Of a DNA stretch of 64,000 nucleotides, positions 1 to 12,900 are shown piece after piece (the stretch's first letter is position 1; each line of letters opens with the position of its first letter). A model generated the notes under the pieces. It saw nothing but the letters and a program-made list of their open reading frames with translations. It was not told the DNA's origin and did no database searches. Source of the stretch: Phoronis australis (Eukaryota > Animalia > Phoronida); contig NMRA01000003.1 in the NCBI GenBank assembly GCA_002633005.1, forward strand, positions 1,916,727 to 1,980,726. Reading direction: 5' to 3'. The translations under genes and the position numbers were made by a program.

Positions 1-775
1 TCCAACGAATGCTGTGCCTCCTAGTGAAAATTTCATTTTTTCTGTTTTCTTCCGTTTCTTTGTAGTTCCTTGACGGAATTTTATGAAATTTGTTAAATAG
101 CTGTCTATTAAAGAAACAATGAATGGTCCCATTTTTGAATGGATTCAATGTATTCTGCATCATCTAGCAACCATTATCATGTTTTCCAGTCTGTTTTTGA
201 CGTCCACTCCTGTATCAACCAAACCACTCTAAGGATGATTTTGAAACTTAGCGTTTATGTTTCTACTGAGAAGACGACATCTGATGATGATTTTCAGATG
301 ACTCAGACTATAAGGATGCATATGAAAATTGGCTTGTGTGTTTCTAGTGTAAAGAAGACAGCTGGTGATGATTTTCAGACGATTCGAACTATTGTGGCAC
401 CTCCTAGTGGCATTTTTTTGCATCAATGAGTGTATCTCCCAAACCATATGCAGGATTGTTCTTAAATTTGGCAAGTGTATTGATATGCAGCTGACAATGG
501 ACATTGACATTTGGACGGATCTGACTACAGCTGTGCCCCCTCTAGTGTCAATTTTTTTCATCGTTTTCTGTATCTTTGAAATTAGCTGAAGTTGTTTCTT
601 TATTTGCCGGTGGGTGCAGGCCTAAAAATGAGTCAGGATATAAACCTGAACAAACATTGCTTTTTTGATTTAATCTAATTTCCAGCTTTCCTAGTTATTC
701 TAAAATTGTCTGCATTGAATTACTCGTTGGTCTTTTTTTTCCCTGTGTAAAATGGGAAATACTGATTTTGAAAAG

Positions 776-3700
776 TGCTGCACTCTCTCAACAGACGCAG
801 CCACCCGACACTGCTCGCTTGATTTCGTTTGGGGATGAGTCTGACCAGTTGCCACCAGCAGTGCCCCCTAGAGTTAACAACGACCCTTTTGACACCAGCA
901 ACATTCAGGCTAGAGTAGCTGGACTGAGTAAGTATAGCCTTAGGATTGTACTGTGTATTGTCACTATTTACTGCCAAATTTATTATTAAGTCATGTCACT
1001 TACTGTAAGAATTTTATACTTTATATCTTACTATTTGATTTCATGTTGTATTGTCAGATATTAATAAGTTAATGTTGATTTTTGTTCTTGATAATATACA
1101 CTGATGTCACTCTCTTGCGGAACACGTCATTAAAATATTTCAATTTGTGACATTTTTCATCCGAATTGTTATCCAGAATTTCTGAATACATTTCAATGAG
1201 CTAACAATTGTGTTGCTTTCAGATGTCAGTTCTACAGGCACCAGTGATGCTGTGTTACAAAATGATGAGTTTGACATGTTTGCCCAGTCAAGGCAGTCAT
1301 TTGATCAAAATAAACAGCAACATGCACAGTGAGTAAACAGTAATTTATGTCACTTGTCTTAAAGACTGAAGCTGGGTATCTAAACCAATTGGAAAAGCTT
1401 TTCTTCTCAGACTGTCTCGATATCACAAAGTTTACACTGGTTCTGATGTGTCCTTCTACAGTTTGCATAATTTGAATTGCTTTTACCAAGAGTTGTTACA
1501 AATTTGAGCATTGCCAGACAAGGACTGTCAACTAGTAAGAAGCGCCACCTATCCTTACTTGACTGAACCATTATGATTGCTTTCTTTCAAACTCTTCAGT
1601 AAGCTTGTTAGTTATAGTTACAGTTATAGTAAAATGTAAAACAAAATAAAATGCACATAAGTTCATAATGTGTTCATTGCGTTTTCATTAATTTGGATAG
1701 TGACTCTGATTTTCACTATAATGTGCGTGCTTTTACATGTATCCGCTGTATGTTTTATGTCTGTGTACCAGGAGTGTTGGAAATAATGTGAAGGGAATGT
1801 CTGTCAAAACAGTGTCGTGTGTACTGTAACGTGGATAGGCTATTATAGTTTAGCGGATTGTTTTCAGGAGCTCATATACAAATCAGCAAAGTGACAGTTT
1901 TGGGGGAAGTTTAGGTGCTGCTGTCAATGCAAAAACAACGCCTTATGGGGACAACGTAAGTTGAACTGTGAAGAATATGTTTTGTGTAGCCACTTGTCAT
2001 ATTCTGATTTTATTACATTTTAACTGTATTCTCGAGAGTATTTTTGTTTTTGTATTGAAGTGGTCAGGCCACTAAATTTCTCTTGTTTGTAAGGATCTGA
2101 CATAATTGGATATATGGTGTTGATACACCTGGTATGTTTGAATTTTTAATAGAACATGTAGACATTATCTCATGTTGTTCAAAGATTTGTTCACAAGAAA
2201 TGGTGTACATTTGTTGTTCATCTGTTTCTGTTTTTGTTGTAATGGCGTGTGAGAACAAAAAAATCTGTCGTCAAGTCGTTGTAGCACTCAAATTAGAAGT
2301 GTCAATAGTTCAGTGAAATGGTTTTTGTTAAGTATGAATACATTTGAGCCACATTTTCTAGAATCGAAATTTTTGAGACATCTAATTACTATAAGTGGTA
2401 ACCTTGTCATAGAGTGCAGAAAATGGCCGTCCGGTAAGATACGTTTCAGGAGTGGGTAGCATATTTGGTATTGGATGTTCAGTTGCTCACTAACACTGCT
2501 TGCCTGTAACTGGGATTTGACTAATCTTAATGTTCATGTTGCCATGTCATGCCTGTAGCTTTAAGCATCGTTGTTTACCTCAAAATTGTTCTTTTTGGAG
2601 GTAAATACACTAAGTAACTCGCTTTGTATAAACTGTCGTAGGCTGCCGTTGTTGGTGGTGGACCGTACAAGTATTCAAACTATCGAGCGTCGTTTTCATT
2701 TCTCAGCTCAAATAATGGAGCATCTTGGAGCATGCTAAGCTATTCACAAGTGCAACAGGTTGACCAATAGTTTTACATGGAATACAAGTACACACCAGTG
2801 GGTTCGGCTGTATACTGTTGGCTATTGGTTATTGTATTGGCTGTATACTGTTGGCTATTGGTTATTGTATACCATTCATTCTCGGATCTAGGATGTTGAA
2901 AGGGTGGGCCCAACCACAATTTTTGAAGAAAATGTGTCTGTGCAGTCTCTAAAAATGGTATGCCAATGACCATGTTTTATTTTATTTGGTCATGTCCATA
3001 GGAGGCAAACCCCTGGGCCCCTAAATCTGCCTATGAATGAAGCCATCAGAAATTAGGTGTTTACTCAAGACATTAAAAAGTGAGATTCAAAGAAAAAGTA
3101 CTGATAACTTGCACTTATTTCGCCCACTGCACGATGCAAATGCTATTTTCCCCATTAGAAAAGTAAGCTTGATGTTTACATTAGTCTTGACACTAGATAT
3201 ACTTTAAAATTTGTTCATTTTGTTATAGTTCGTGTCAGCAAAATTATTGTCATAGGTCTTTTAGCAGTACCACATCAACAATAGCTGGGAAACTAATCAT
3301 TTTGCTTGTTATTAAAGCACCAGATAAATGCTGTTATTTGACCAGTTTCTGTATTGAATCAACAGAACACTGTGCCATGAAACCCAGTGTGTGTGTAGTG
3401 CAGCTCTCCTCAGCTTCATTCAGTTCTCCTTATGGTTATACCGGACCCTAGAAAAATGTCCAAATTTTGCTAACTTCAGGAGATCGTGTCACACAAATGG
3501 CTACAGGATTCCTATGAAACTTTCAGATACTGTTTTCCAGTAGGTTGTTAAAAATTGTTTTTAAAATCCTCCACTTTTGCATGAGGAGCTATCAAAAATA
3601 AGGCGTGTGATTTTCATGGAAAAATCAAAAGTGACATAAAACGAAATGATAACTTAGAAAACTAAAAGCATTTTGAAACACTTCTTTCAAAGATTTACCA

Positions 3701-5631
3701 AAAAGATGTGGACATACAACCCATTTAATAGCTGATTGTTAAAAATTCAAAAATCAAATTCTACAGGCTTTCCATTTTGATTAAAAAAATATTTACTTTT
3801 ACTGGAGGTTAAAAGCAATAGTTTAATTTTGTACATATTTGGGTACATACATAGACATGTCATTAAGGTCCTACATACATAGATATGTCATTAAGGTCCT
3901 ACATAACCTTTGCATGTGTTTGCCTTTTGATTAATGAGGTATTGGACGACTTATTAATCTTAGCTTGGCAGTTCTTTCTGTTTTTAAATTGTAATCTGTG
4001 TTTAGGAATGGTGAAATCACAAATCAAGAATGTAAACTTCTTAAGTTTTCAGAAAAATGTAGATTTGCATATGGCATGATTTATTATCCTTATTCTGAGT
4101 TTTACAATTTCAATTAGTATAAATTTGCTTCAATTTATTTCATTGTTTATTATTCATTTCATTATAGTTATTATTATTTAGTATTACTATTTGTTCAAAC
4201 ATTTATAGGGCCATTCAACTAAAACTAAGTAAACAGTAACCTGTTACAAAACAATGTATCAAGTAAACACAACTGCATAACTTCATCTGACGTCCATCAT
4301 TATCAACACTTTGTGATTGTGTGTGGCAGGTTGTTCAAGGGGGAGATCAACAATTGGTTGGTCACCAAAACCACTCTCCCGGACTTCAAAACCAGCTGGC
4401 TGGACTGCAAAACCCAGTGGCTGGTGTTCTAACTTGATGGTCGGACCTCAAAATGCGATGTTTGGTACCTCAAAACCAGATGGCGGCACCCAAAAAACTG
4501 TTAGATCGGACCTAAAACGGGTTGGCCGTTGCTCGAACACAATGGCCAAACAAATCACCAGCCAACTGGTTATAGCACCGGCCATCGTGTTTTGGGCCCA
4601 GCCAACTAGTTTTTTGGTTGAGGTCATCGCGTTTTGAAGTCTGGACAACACATTTGATCACTAGCCATTTGGTTTTGCAGTCTAGCTGATTGGTTTTGAA
4701 GTTCTACTGGTTGTTGATTCCACCCCTTGTTATTGTAGTAGCATGTTGTGTTGATTAGTTTGTAAGCATGCTCTGTTGTCTCCTTCCTAGCTCCTTGAAA
4801 ATGATAAAGAATTGGGAGAGATGGAAGATTGGTTGGCTAAAAACAAAGAGATTGTGAGTGTTCTACTGCTCCCTGTTTCTAACAACTTGGGCTTCTCTAT
4901 CCTTGTTTTAAGGTGTATTTTTACTGTTTGTGAGAAATTAGGACATTCATAAGTAGGTCAGCTTGTGATACATTTACTGAATTAATTGGTGGCACCCTTG
5001 TGTGGACTTAAAGTTTAGTTTTTCTCCCTTTTATCAAAATTCCATCAATGAAACGCTCACGGAAGGTTCCATTCATGATTTTACAAAGTGCGAGCTTGTA
5101 AGTTCATGCAAGAGATATTTTTACGAGTATTATGACATTCATGTTGTAAAATGTATTTTTTCTGTTTGCAGCCTGGAACAGAGACAACTGCAACGAGTTC
5201 AGGTATTTTTCAATGACACTGAATTATTTTTGCAAACGTTATTCAATGTTTGATAAGATACTATCTATGTAAAAGTAATAATACCTACACAATTTAACTG
5301 AATTACATGTACCCTCTATTATTTGGGTGTAACAAACACTAAATACATCCTAGCACTAATTAGCGCCCATGTGCAGGCACTATCTATCCTTTTTCTGCTA
5401 AGTAGAGCATATTTATTGTAACGCGTTCCAAGTGACGGTGAAATAAAAACAAAAAAGTTATTTTCTACTTAATTAATTATAATGATTGGGCAGGTGGGTC
5501 TGATTTTCTTTTCTGTTCTTTTTGTCATTGTATATATTTATGCGTTGCCTTTTTTGTACGTTCACTTTGAAATAGTGGCTTATAAGCTCAAGTTGTGGCT
5601 GGGTAGCAATTGTTACTTGTCACTAAAATAT

Positions 5632-5672
<41 letters not shown>

Positions 5673-6312
5673 ATTTTTGGCACTCATTTCAAAATCACTT
5701 TCTTTCCTCCAAATTAGCCCCAGCCCAGAGAGTGGATTTATCTCAAACAATGAAAGGGTCAAGCTTGCTACTAAAAGATTGAATGTTTTAATATTGAAAT
5801 ATTGCATATCTGTCAAATTCCTTTTGAGTAGCGCATGTCTTACTAGAGTAAATCACAACAGTGATTGTTAAACCACTTGGGAGGCACATTTTTCAGTGCC
5901 TCTCACTTTCCACTGGGTATAGTAATTAATCCTTTTTCTCAAGTGAGTCATGAAGATTTTGATCCGCAACTCTTATGTTAAGATCATCATGCCTTTGACG
6001 ATATCAACTGCTCTATTTTCATTACCATCATGCCCAAGGTTGTATCGTTTGCTCACTCTCTGTTTGTTTTCTAAAGCACTGCAGGACTATAAAGTTATTT
6101 AATAACTTAAAACTAAATTTTCTAACGTCAATTTCAACCCATGCCTCTGTCTTCCAGAGTTCGACAAGTTCCTAGCTGATAGAGCCGTCGCTGCTGAATC
6201 ACTTCCCGACCTACCCACAGTTCCTTGCACCGAGCCTCGAGGGGGCACTCCAGTCAACCGTAGCCGGCAGATGAAAAAAGACGATCAGGAAAATGCACTG
6301 TTTGCATTGTAA
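776..6312 (+). CDS. TOM1L2: TOM1/TOM1-like 2 endosomal adaptor, 3' exons (5' end lies outside window)
   Basis: Phase-consistent GT-AG exons ~776-927, 1222-1328, 1868-1955, 4791-4853, 5172-5202, 6158-6312. They encode TOM1-family C-terminal motifs DEFDMFAQSR, EMEDWL, SSEFDKFLADRA and a terminal ENALFAL*. The boundary of the first exon is approximate. AATAAA near 7969 suggests a ~1.7 kb 3'UTR. Confidence 0.85.
3440..3905. mobile_element. Non-autonomous DNA-transposon-like dispersed repeat (second copy at ~50440-50900)
   Basis: 'ggaccctagaaaaatgtccaaattttgctaacttc...gaaactttcag' matches 'ggaccctaggaaaatgttcaaatttggccaacttc...cactttcag' at 50447. It ends in a duplicated 'taaggtcctacata', which is the inverse of the start. 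Confidence 0.5.
4336..4728. mobile_element. Foldback/MITE-like element in TOM1 intron
   Basis: Inverted termini caagggg..atcaacaa / ttgttgat..ccccttg. Internal inverted arms (ggacttcaaaaccagctggctggactgcaaaacc vs ggttttgcagtctagctgattggttttgaagttc) and repeated caaaacc motifs. Confidence 0.6.
5634..5665. repeat. (GATT)n microsatellite
   Basis: About 8 direct TGAT/GATT units. Confidence 0.9.
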
Positions 6313-8569
6313 ATATCTTTTATGAAAATTGTGAAAACTGCCCTTGTTATTGAAGGAAATGGAATTTGTGTGTAGGTGTCAACGACTAGAGTTTCCTAAG
6401 GTTAACAAGCAAAATGCTTTTTGGTATTTCAGTATTGTTGTTTCTATGGACTGAAAATTCTTTGGTGTAACCTGCAGGTCTGTGGTATTGGAACTTTCTT
6501 CTGGTATGAGACTGCATTGTCATATAGTATTAATGACATAGATATGGGATCTCTGCTTGCATTATTGCTGTCATCTGTGAGGAAGACAGATTCTAAGACT
6601 ATTGGGGTCGGATTCCTGCCATTGACCTACATGTTATGAATATTGAAGGATTTATCTCCTGACAATTCTTATGTAAACACTGTTGTTGTCATTATGTTAT
6701 TTAAGTATATTTGTGTGTACACAAGATGATTATTGGTTAGGGTTTATGTTGAACATATTGAGTTAGTTGTTTAGACTACTAATTTTTAAAGTCCAGCTGC
6801 TTTGACTCCTGGCTTTAAATGCAAAATATATGGCGTTGTAAGTAGCTACCTGCACTAGCTAAATGACAATATCTACCATTAGCATTTGACAGAGTAAACA
6901 TGCGATTTTTTATTAGTGGTTTGGAAATTGGTATTCCCAATTTATGAGCTCTGCCAAGATATTTCCATGTGTAACATAAATGCTGATTTTTCAAACACTA
7001 ATTACCTTCTTAACAGGGCCATCATCTGGCTCGTCCCAGACTCATCCATCAGTACTCCTGCTTTTTGACAATATTGCTTGTGGGTGCGTAGATTCAATTT
7101 CAGTTTGGCAGCTTTGTTGCGTAGATTGCATTACCTTACGATGAGTCTTTCACACACATTGTTGTGCTGCTATTCAGCACAACAAATTTCCTGTATGCAA
7201 GTTTTTCTTTTCGTTCACTAAATAACTGCCTTGTTTGAGTCAAGTTAGTGGGCTTTATTCTTTAATCTAGAAGTGGTACCTACTATTTCCACTTTTGTCA
7301 AAGGAAGAATTACATAAATTAAGTGCTATGTTAAATTGAAGTCAATAATATGGCTGTCTGGCTTCATTAGTTTTCATTCAAAAAAGTTACTATTGCTGTT
7401 TTTTCTATTTTCGACTGGATTTTAATGGTGCAGGAATGGTTGATATTTAAAAGTGGGGAATTTAGAGGAGATAACATTATTTACAAGAATTTTTTACTTT
7501 GGTAATATAAACACTGTTCAAAACCTTTGAAGATTTCCACGCAGTCATCTCGATACATACAATTTTTTCAAGGGCACTGTTGAAAAATGAATTAAAAAAC
7601 CCTTGCGGAGAATGTTACATTTTGCAAGGGCAGTTATCTTATGATAAGTCTTCTAAAGCTACTTGAAGGAATAAAGATTATTTGATGTGTAGAAAGCTAA
7701 TGTTAGCTTACTAACAATATGAATTTCTTTCTGTGTTGTGTTTAATTTAAAGTCTGTGTCAGTTCCCCAGAGTTTATTTTTACAATGTGTTGAAATACAG
7801 CCATCTAAAGATGGCAAAAAATTTTAAATTTGCTTCAAAGAATGTAGTTTCCGTGTTCTACAACTTTAAAATCTCTTGAGAATGACCTGTATACTTTGAT
7901 TGGCCTTGAACAATTTGCCACATTTATGTTGCTGTGTATTTCTTGTTCCCCACAAACAACTAAAGTATAATAAACACACAATCATATGCTCTCATTGGTT
8001 AGTCTCATTTCAAACAAAAGAGTGTTGAAATACACTCATGACTGCGTTGTAAATGGTTTACTTCTAGGGATGTTTATTTGTTTTATAAAATGGCCATTAG
8101 ATGGCACAAAACATGGAACCCATCCAAACATGGAAAGGTGTTGTCGTCTACCTAACCGATAACTATGAAATTTCATGAAAATCGTCGAGGACACTGAGGC
8201 AAACGTGAAAAAAAGTATTTTCATTAGGAAGTTCAGTGGTAGATGGATCCATCCATTTCTCATCAAGTTAATAGGAATACACTTCAAATTCTTGGAAGGG
8301 ATTAATGGGATACAGCTAAAGGTGGAAAAATAGCACCAGAGGGTACTAACAGTAGTTGGACCCATCAGAAAATCACGTCAGTTGTGTTGTTGCCAACAGG
8401 AACATGACTGCCTACTTTCACGATCATGATCCTCCGAGCGGTTTGGCGGATAAAAAGTTAAACAACAAAAACTTGAAAATAATAAAAATGGCCATTAGAT
8501 GGTGCAGAATACGTCAAATCTATGCCAGAAGCAAACAACTCTGGCCTAATTTGGAAAAGCTGTAAAATT

Positions 8570-9288
8570 AGAAAAAATAATCTTGATTTTCTTCAGACTT
8601 TGCTGCTAGTTACGTTTTCACTTCATTAGTTTCGGAATCTTTAAATTCATTAGATCAGGGCTTGTAATTTTCCTGTTTCTGGTTTCGATTTCCTCTTATT
8701 TGGTTTCATTATTTTGACTTCATTCATGCAAAAAAATGTTTCTTGCAATCAAATTTTGCCAACAAGAATTTTTAACACATATAAGCTTATTTATTTGCAG
8801 AATGATACATCATCTGGAAAATTTTCCCCTTTTTTGTCATTGGTAACTCCAGGGCCTGATAGATAGATTCAATAGGTATCGCACATGTGTCTTCACGGAT
8901 TGCTTTAGGTATGTGCTGTAACANTATGGGTTTGAGAAAAAATAATCTTGATTTTCTTCAGACTTTGCTGCTAGTTACGTTTTCACTTCATTAGTTTTGG
9001 AATCTTTAAATTCATTAGATCAGGGCTTGTAATTTTCCTGTTTCTGGTTTCGATTTCCTCTTATTTGGTTTCATTATTTTGACTTCATTCATGCAAAAAA
9101 ATGTTTCTTGCAATCAAATTTTGCCAACAAGAATTTTTAACACATATAAGCTTATTTATTTGCAGAATGATACATCATCTGGAAAATTTTCCCCTTTTTT
9201 GTCATTGGTAACTCCAGGGCCTGATAGATAGATTCAATAGGTATCGCACATGTGTCTTCACGGATTGCTTTAGGTATGTGCTGTAACA
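8570..9288. repeat. ~355 bp near-identical tandem duplication split by a single N (probable assembly artefact)
   Basis: 8570-8923 is repeated at 8935-9288, with 'n' at 8924. Confidence 0.85.
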
Positions 9289-9952
9289 GAAGAAAAACTC
9301 TTAACAATCCTGTTGGCAAGCAAAGGATGCAGACAGATGTACGTGAGATAACATGCCCGACTCCCCAGATTAAACTTTACATACATATTTCACAATTTCA
9401 TTGTTTTTTGTTGAAATCTCGTAGTTACAAGAATATGTAGTCAACATATTTCCATATTCAATAGATTTAGATAAAGTCGAGCTCATATCCATGGTTTTTA
9501 GTTTAACCAATCATTTTTCATTTACAATGAATCATTGGCCCACCATCATGATAGTAATGATTACCAAACACTGGGAATACTTGCCTCTCCACGACTCCAG
9601 CTTTCACTTCATAATGGTATTTGCCAGATGCTGGACACAATTTATGATCAGCCAACAAAAGCACATTATTTTCCTTTATTTAATCATGTGAGCAACAGAC
9701 CTTGCTACACCAAAACTAGGCCAGGTGAGGTGCTATATCCAGAGCAGTCTCTTAGGACATCAAAGGAATTTTGGCAACAGCAAGGTACACCCCAGCCAAG
9801 CAGCAAGTCAAGCCTATTCATAACAACATGCCCAAGTTAATTGAGTGTGTAAATCTTTGTTCGAAAGTACAGTGCCAGTAATTATTTCCACCAGATTATG
9901 TTTATTGCATTGGAAACACAAAAGGTATGGTAATGTGACGTCTGCAGGTGAA

Positions 9953-12900
9953 TCAACCTTTGCTACCAGGCCGCAGTGAACTGAATACCTTGGTACATCT
10001 TAGCTGAGTACAGAATTCACTCATGAAATTATTCACATAGGAGTCCTTCTCCGCCTTTTTCATGCCAAAAATCACCACACATGTTATCCGAGGCTCAATT
10101 CTTGTCATAAAGTAGGTGCTTTCAAAATGATTGTCATAGAAATATACTGGTTTGTCCGAGTTGTTGAGCTCTGTTGCCCGATCACTAATCATCATCACGA
10201 CATTTGGCCAGTGCACCGATGGCTTCTCCTGCAAAACATAAAATACATTCAAACAGCAGACAAATTTTCAAAACATTTTAAGTCAGATAGACCACACATC
10301 ATAGACAACAGATTCACAACTCCGATATTTTTTATAAAATTCCCAAAAGGAGGCGTCACTTACTTCATGTGCAAATCTCAGCTTTCAGATAGTATATTCA
10401 GAAATGAAAGTCTGGTGTCTATTTTACTTCCTAGTAGGACGAAAGAAAACATATCGGCAGTAAAAAGCTGCTCAACGTTTTCCTTGAGTAATTTTAGTAA
10501 TAGTTCAGGAAAATTCAAGCTTCAGCAATACAAACAATAGTCAGCAAATGAGCAAACCACAATTGACACAGGTCAACTAACCAGGTGCCATTGGTGAATA
10601 AGGTCGCATTTACGCAGGACCATAGATGTTCTACACTGAGAATAACTGAGAATAATAGAGATGGTAGTCCATGTACTGTAGTTTATTATGCGTGCACCCA
10701 GCCTTCAATATGGGGGGCTCGAATTCGTAACGTTGTGGACCTTTTGCTAACAAAACAGCCAGGTGGACTTAGAAAAAAACGGTGCACCACTGTGAATTGC
10801 GCGTTTGTGCTAATGTTTAGTGGACTTTTGTCTCATTTTCTCGAACTTTTTGTTTCTCGCAAGCAGACCTTTTTGCCCACTTCGCCAAATGGGGGGCTCA
10901 TTCAAATGAGCCCCCCCNNNNNNNCCCCCCCCCCCCCTGGGTGCGCACATGTTTATAGATACAGTAGACATAGTATGCTACACAAAATACACAGACGGAA
11001 CAAACAAGGATCCCACACACATTGGAGTTAGTATTAAAATACCAATGTTTACCACTAAACCTGGAACTGGTTTTCCAGAACCATGATAATTGATAATTGA
11101 TAAATGATTGTTTTGTGTTAATTTTTGAACTGATGACACGGGATATAGTCAAATATAACACAAACGGACATAATTTTGGCATGCTAAAATGTATACGAAA
11201 AACAAAAAGTAGAACATACTGGAGGACAAGAAAATATAGCCGGGTAACACTCCAGTCCCTTTGGTGGTTCAGTAAACTTGTTGGGTGGATGGTAACCTGG
11301 TCCTTTATACTTGTCTTCAATGCCATGAAGATCCAGCACCAGACAAATATTAGATGCATCAGACTTCTTCTGAAAGGTACTCACTCTGAAAGGTAAGAAC
11401 ATAATATGTAGGTGGTGGAACAGTAAGCCACAGTCAATGTGTTCAAACATGTCACTTTCAAGTAAATGTAAAACTTTGTGGATTTTTTCAAAAACGCAGT
11501 ATGCAATTTATATTTATCTTTCATAGCAACCCACATTTCTTTAACCGCATCATTTCTGTGTCAAACATGTAAGTTGGTTGCAATGAATTCAACTGTATTA
11601 ATTATATGGCAAATATTAACAGCCATTTCTATGCAGGCCTTTTGATTTCTGTGTGGAGCTTCACACTTGAAAATTTGCACGCTTATTTTATGGTCTATGG
11701 CCAAGAGGACTATGTGATGTGAATGCCCTTCACATACCATGGGTCTACCGAAATTGATATGCAAGATCAGTGAAAGTAATTTCTTGTGAACCCTGCTCTT
11801 AGTCATACAACTGTCGCAGTTGGCCTGTGTAAGGAAACAAAACTTAACAAAGGGTTTATAGTCCTACTGAAATTATAATTGTTTTATTAATAACCAAGCC
11901 CAGAATGTGTTGTTTGGGGTAAATCCACAATCCAAGACAGGATTCCCTGCATATTGACAGTACAACTATGTAATTTAAATATATTTACCTACAGTTTAGA
12001 AATCCAAGTTAAAAGCAAAAAACAATGAAGCAAAAGACTGCTGGTAACACTCGTCCCAAATTTCATCAAAATACGACTAGGGCTTTTGAGATATTGATCA
12101 GCCAATTGCACAGCTCGACAATCTGATAGAAGGCCACTAGGGAGTGCTGCCCTACACTGTTGCACCTCATTTCATTTTCAATTTTAAGTTAAGAATTTAT
12201 TAAGACATATACAAAAATATAATACAATAAAATTCAGCCCGGAAACCGCAGTGAACATTATTTCCAGTCTTTACCTCATTTTATCAAGAGTCGACCAGCA
12301 ATTTTTGATATATGAATCAGTCACCAGGCCACCCAGACAAGATTGCAATAATTGTGACATCATATACATATGTGGACACTTAACAGGTTAATGGAAGCTC
12401 ATACAGTTTTGATTATTTTCTTGTATCTTACTCCAAAACCACATTGATGTTTTGCTGATAACATTATACAAAGACAATTTGTTAAAAATGCTTACTTAGT
12501 ATAAAAGTCTATAGACTGCTTTGCCAGCACTGACTTCATTTCACCAACACCAGCGGCCTGTTTACTTAAGATTTCATGGAAATAGAGGCTGAACTGTAAT
12601 GAAACAAAATTATGTTACGTACAAGTAGCAGCACAGTCTTTAATCCTAGACTAAATTCTTACCAGCACTAGAAGATATTCCATGAGGCTATGAACCTGCT
12701 CCTCGATTTTTTGTTTAGTCGATTACAAAAACTACTTAACCACATTACTCAGCCTGGTCTCAAGAAGTAATGCACTGTCTGAAATTCTCCAGTTAGGGCA
12801 GTCTCTAAAATTTGGGACACAGAAATTCAAACACAAAATGAATTTTCTGGATTCTACAGATTAGGACACAATCGACTGTGGTGTTCATCATATTTCTCAA

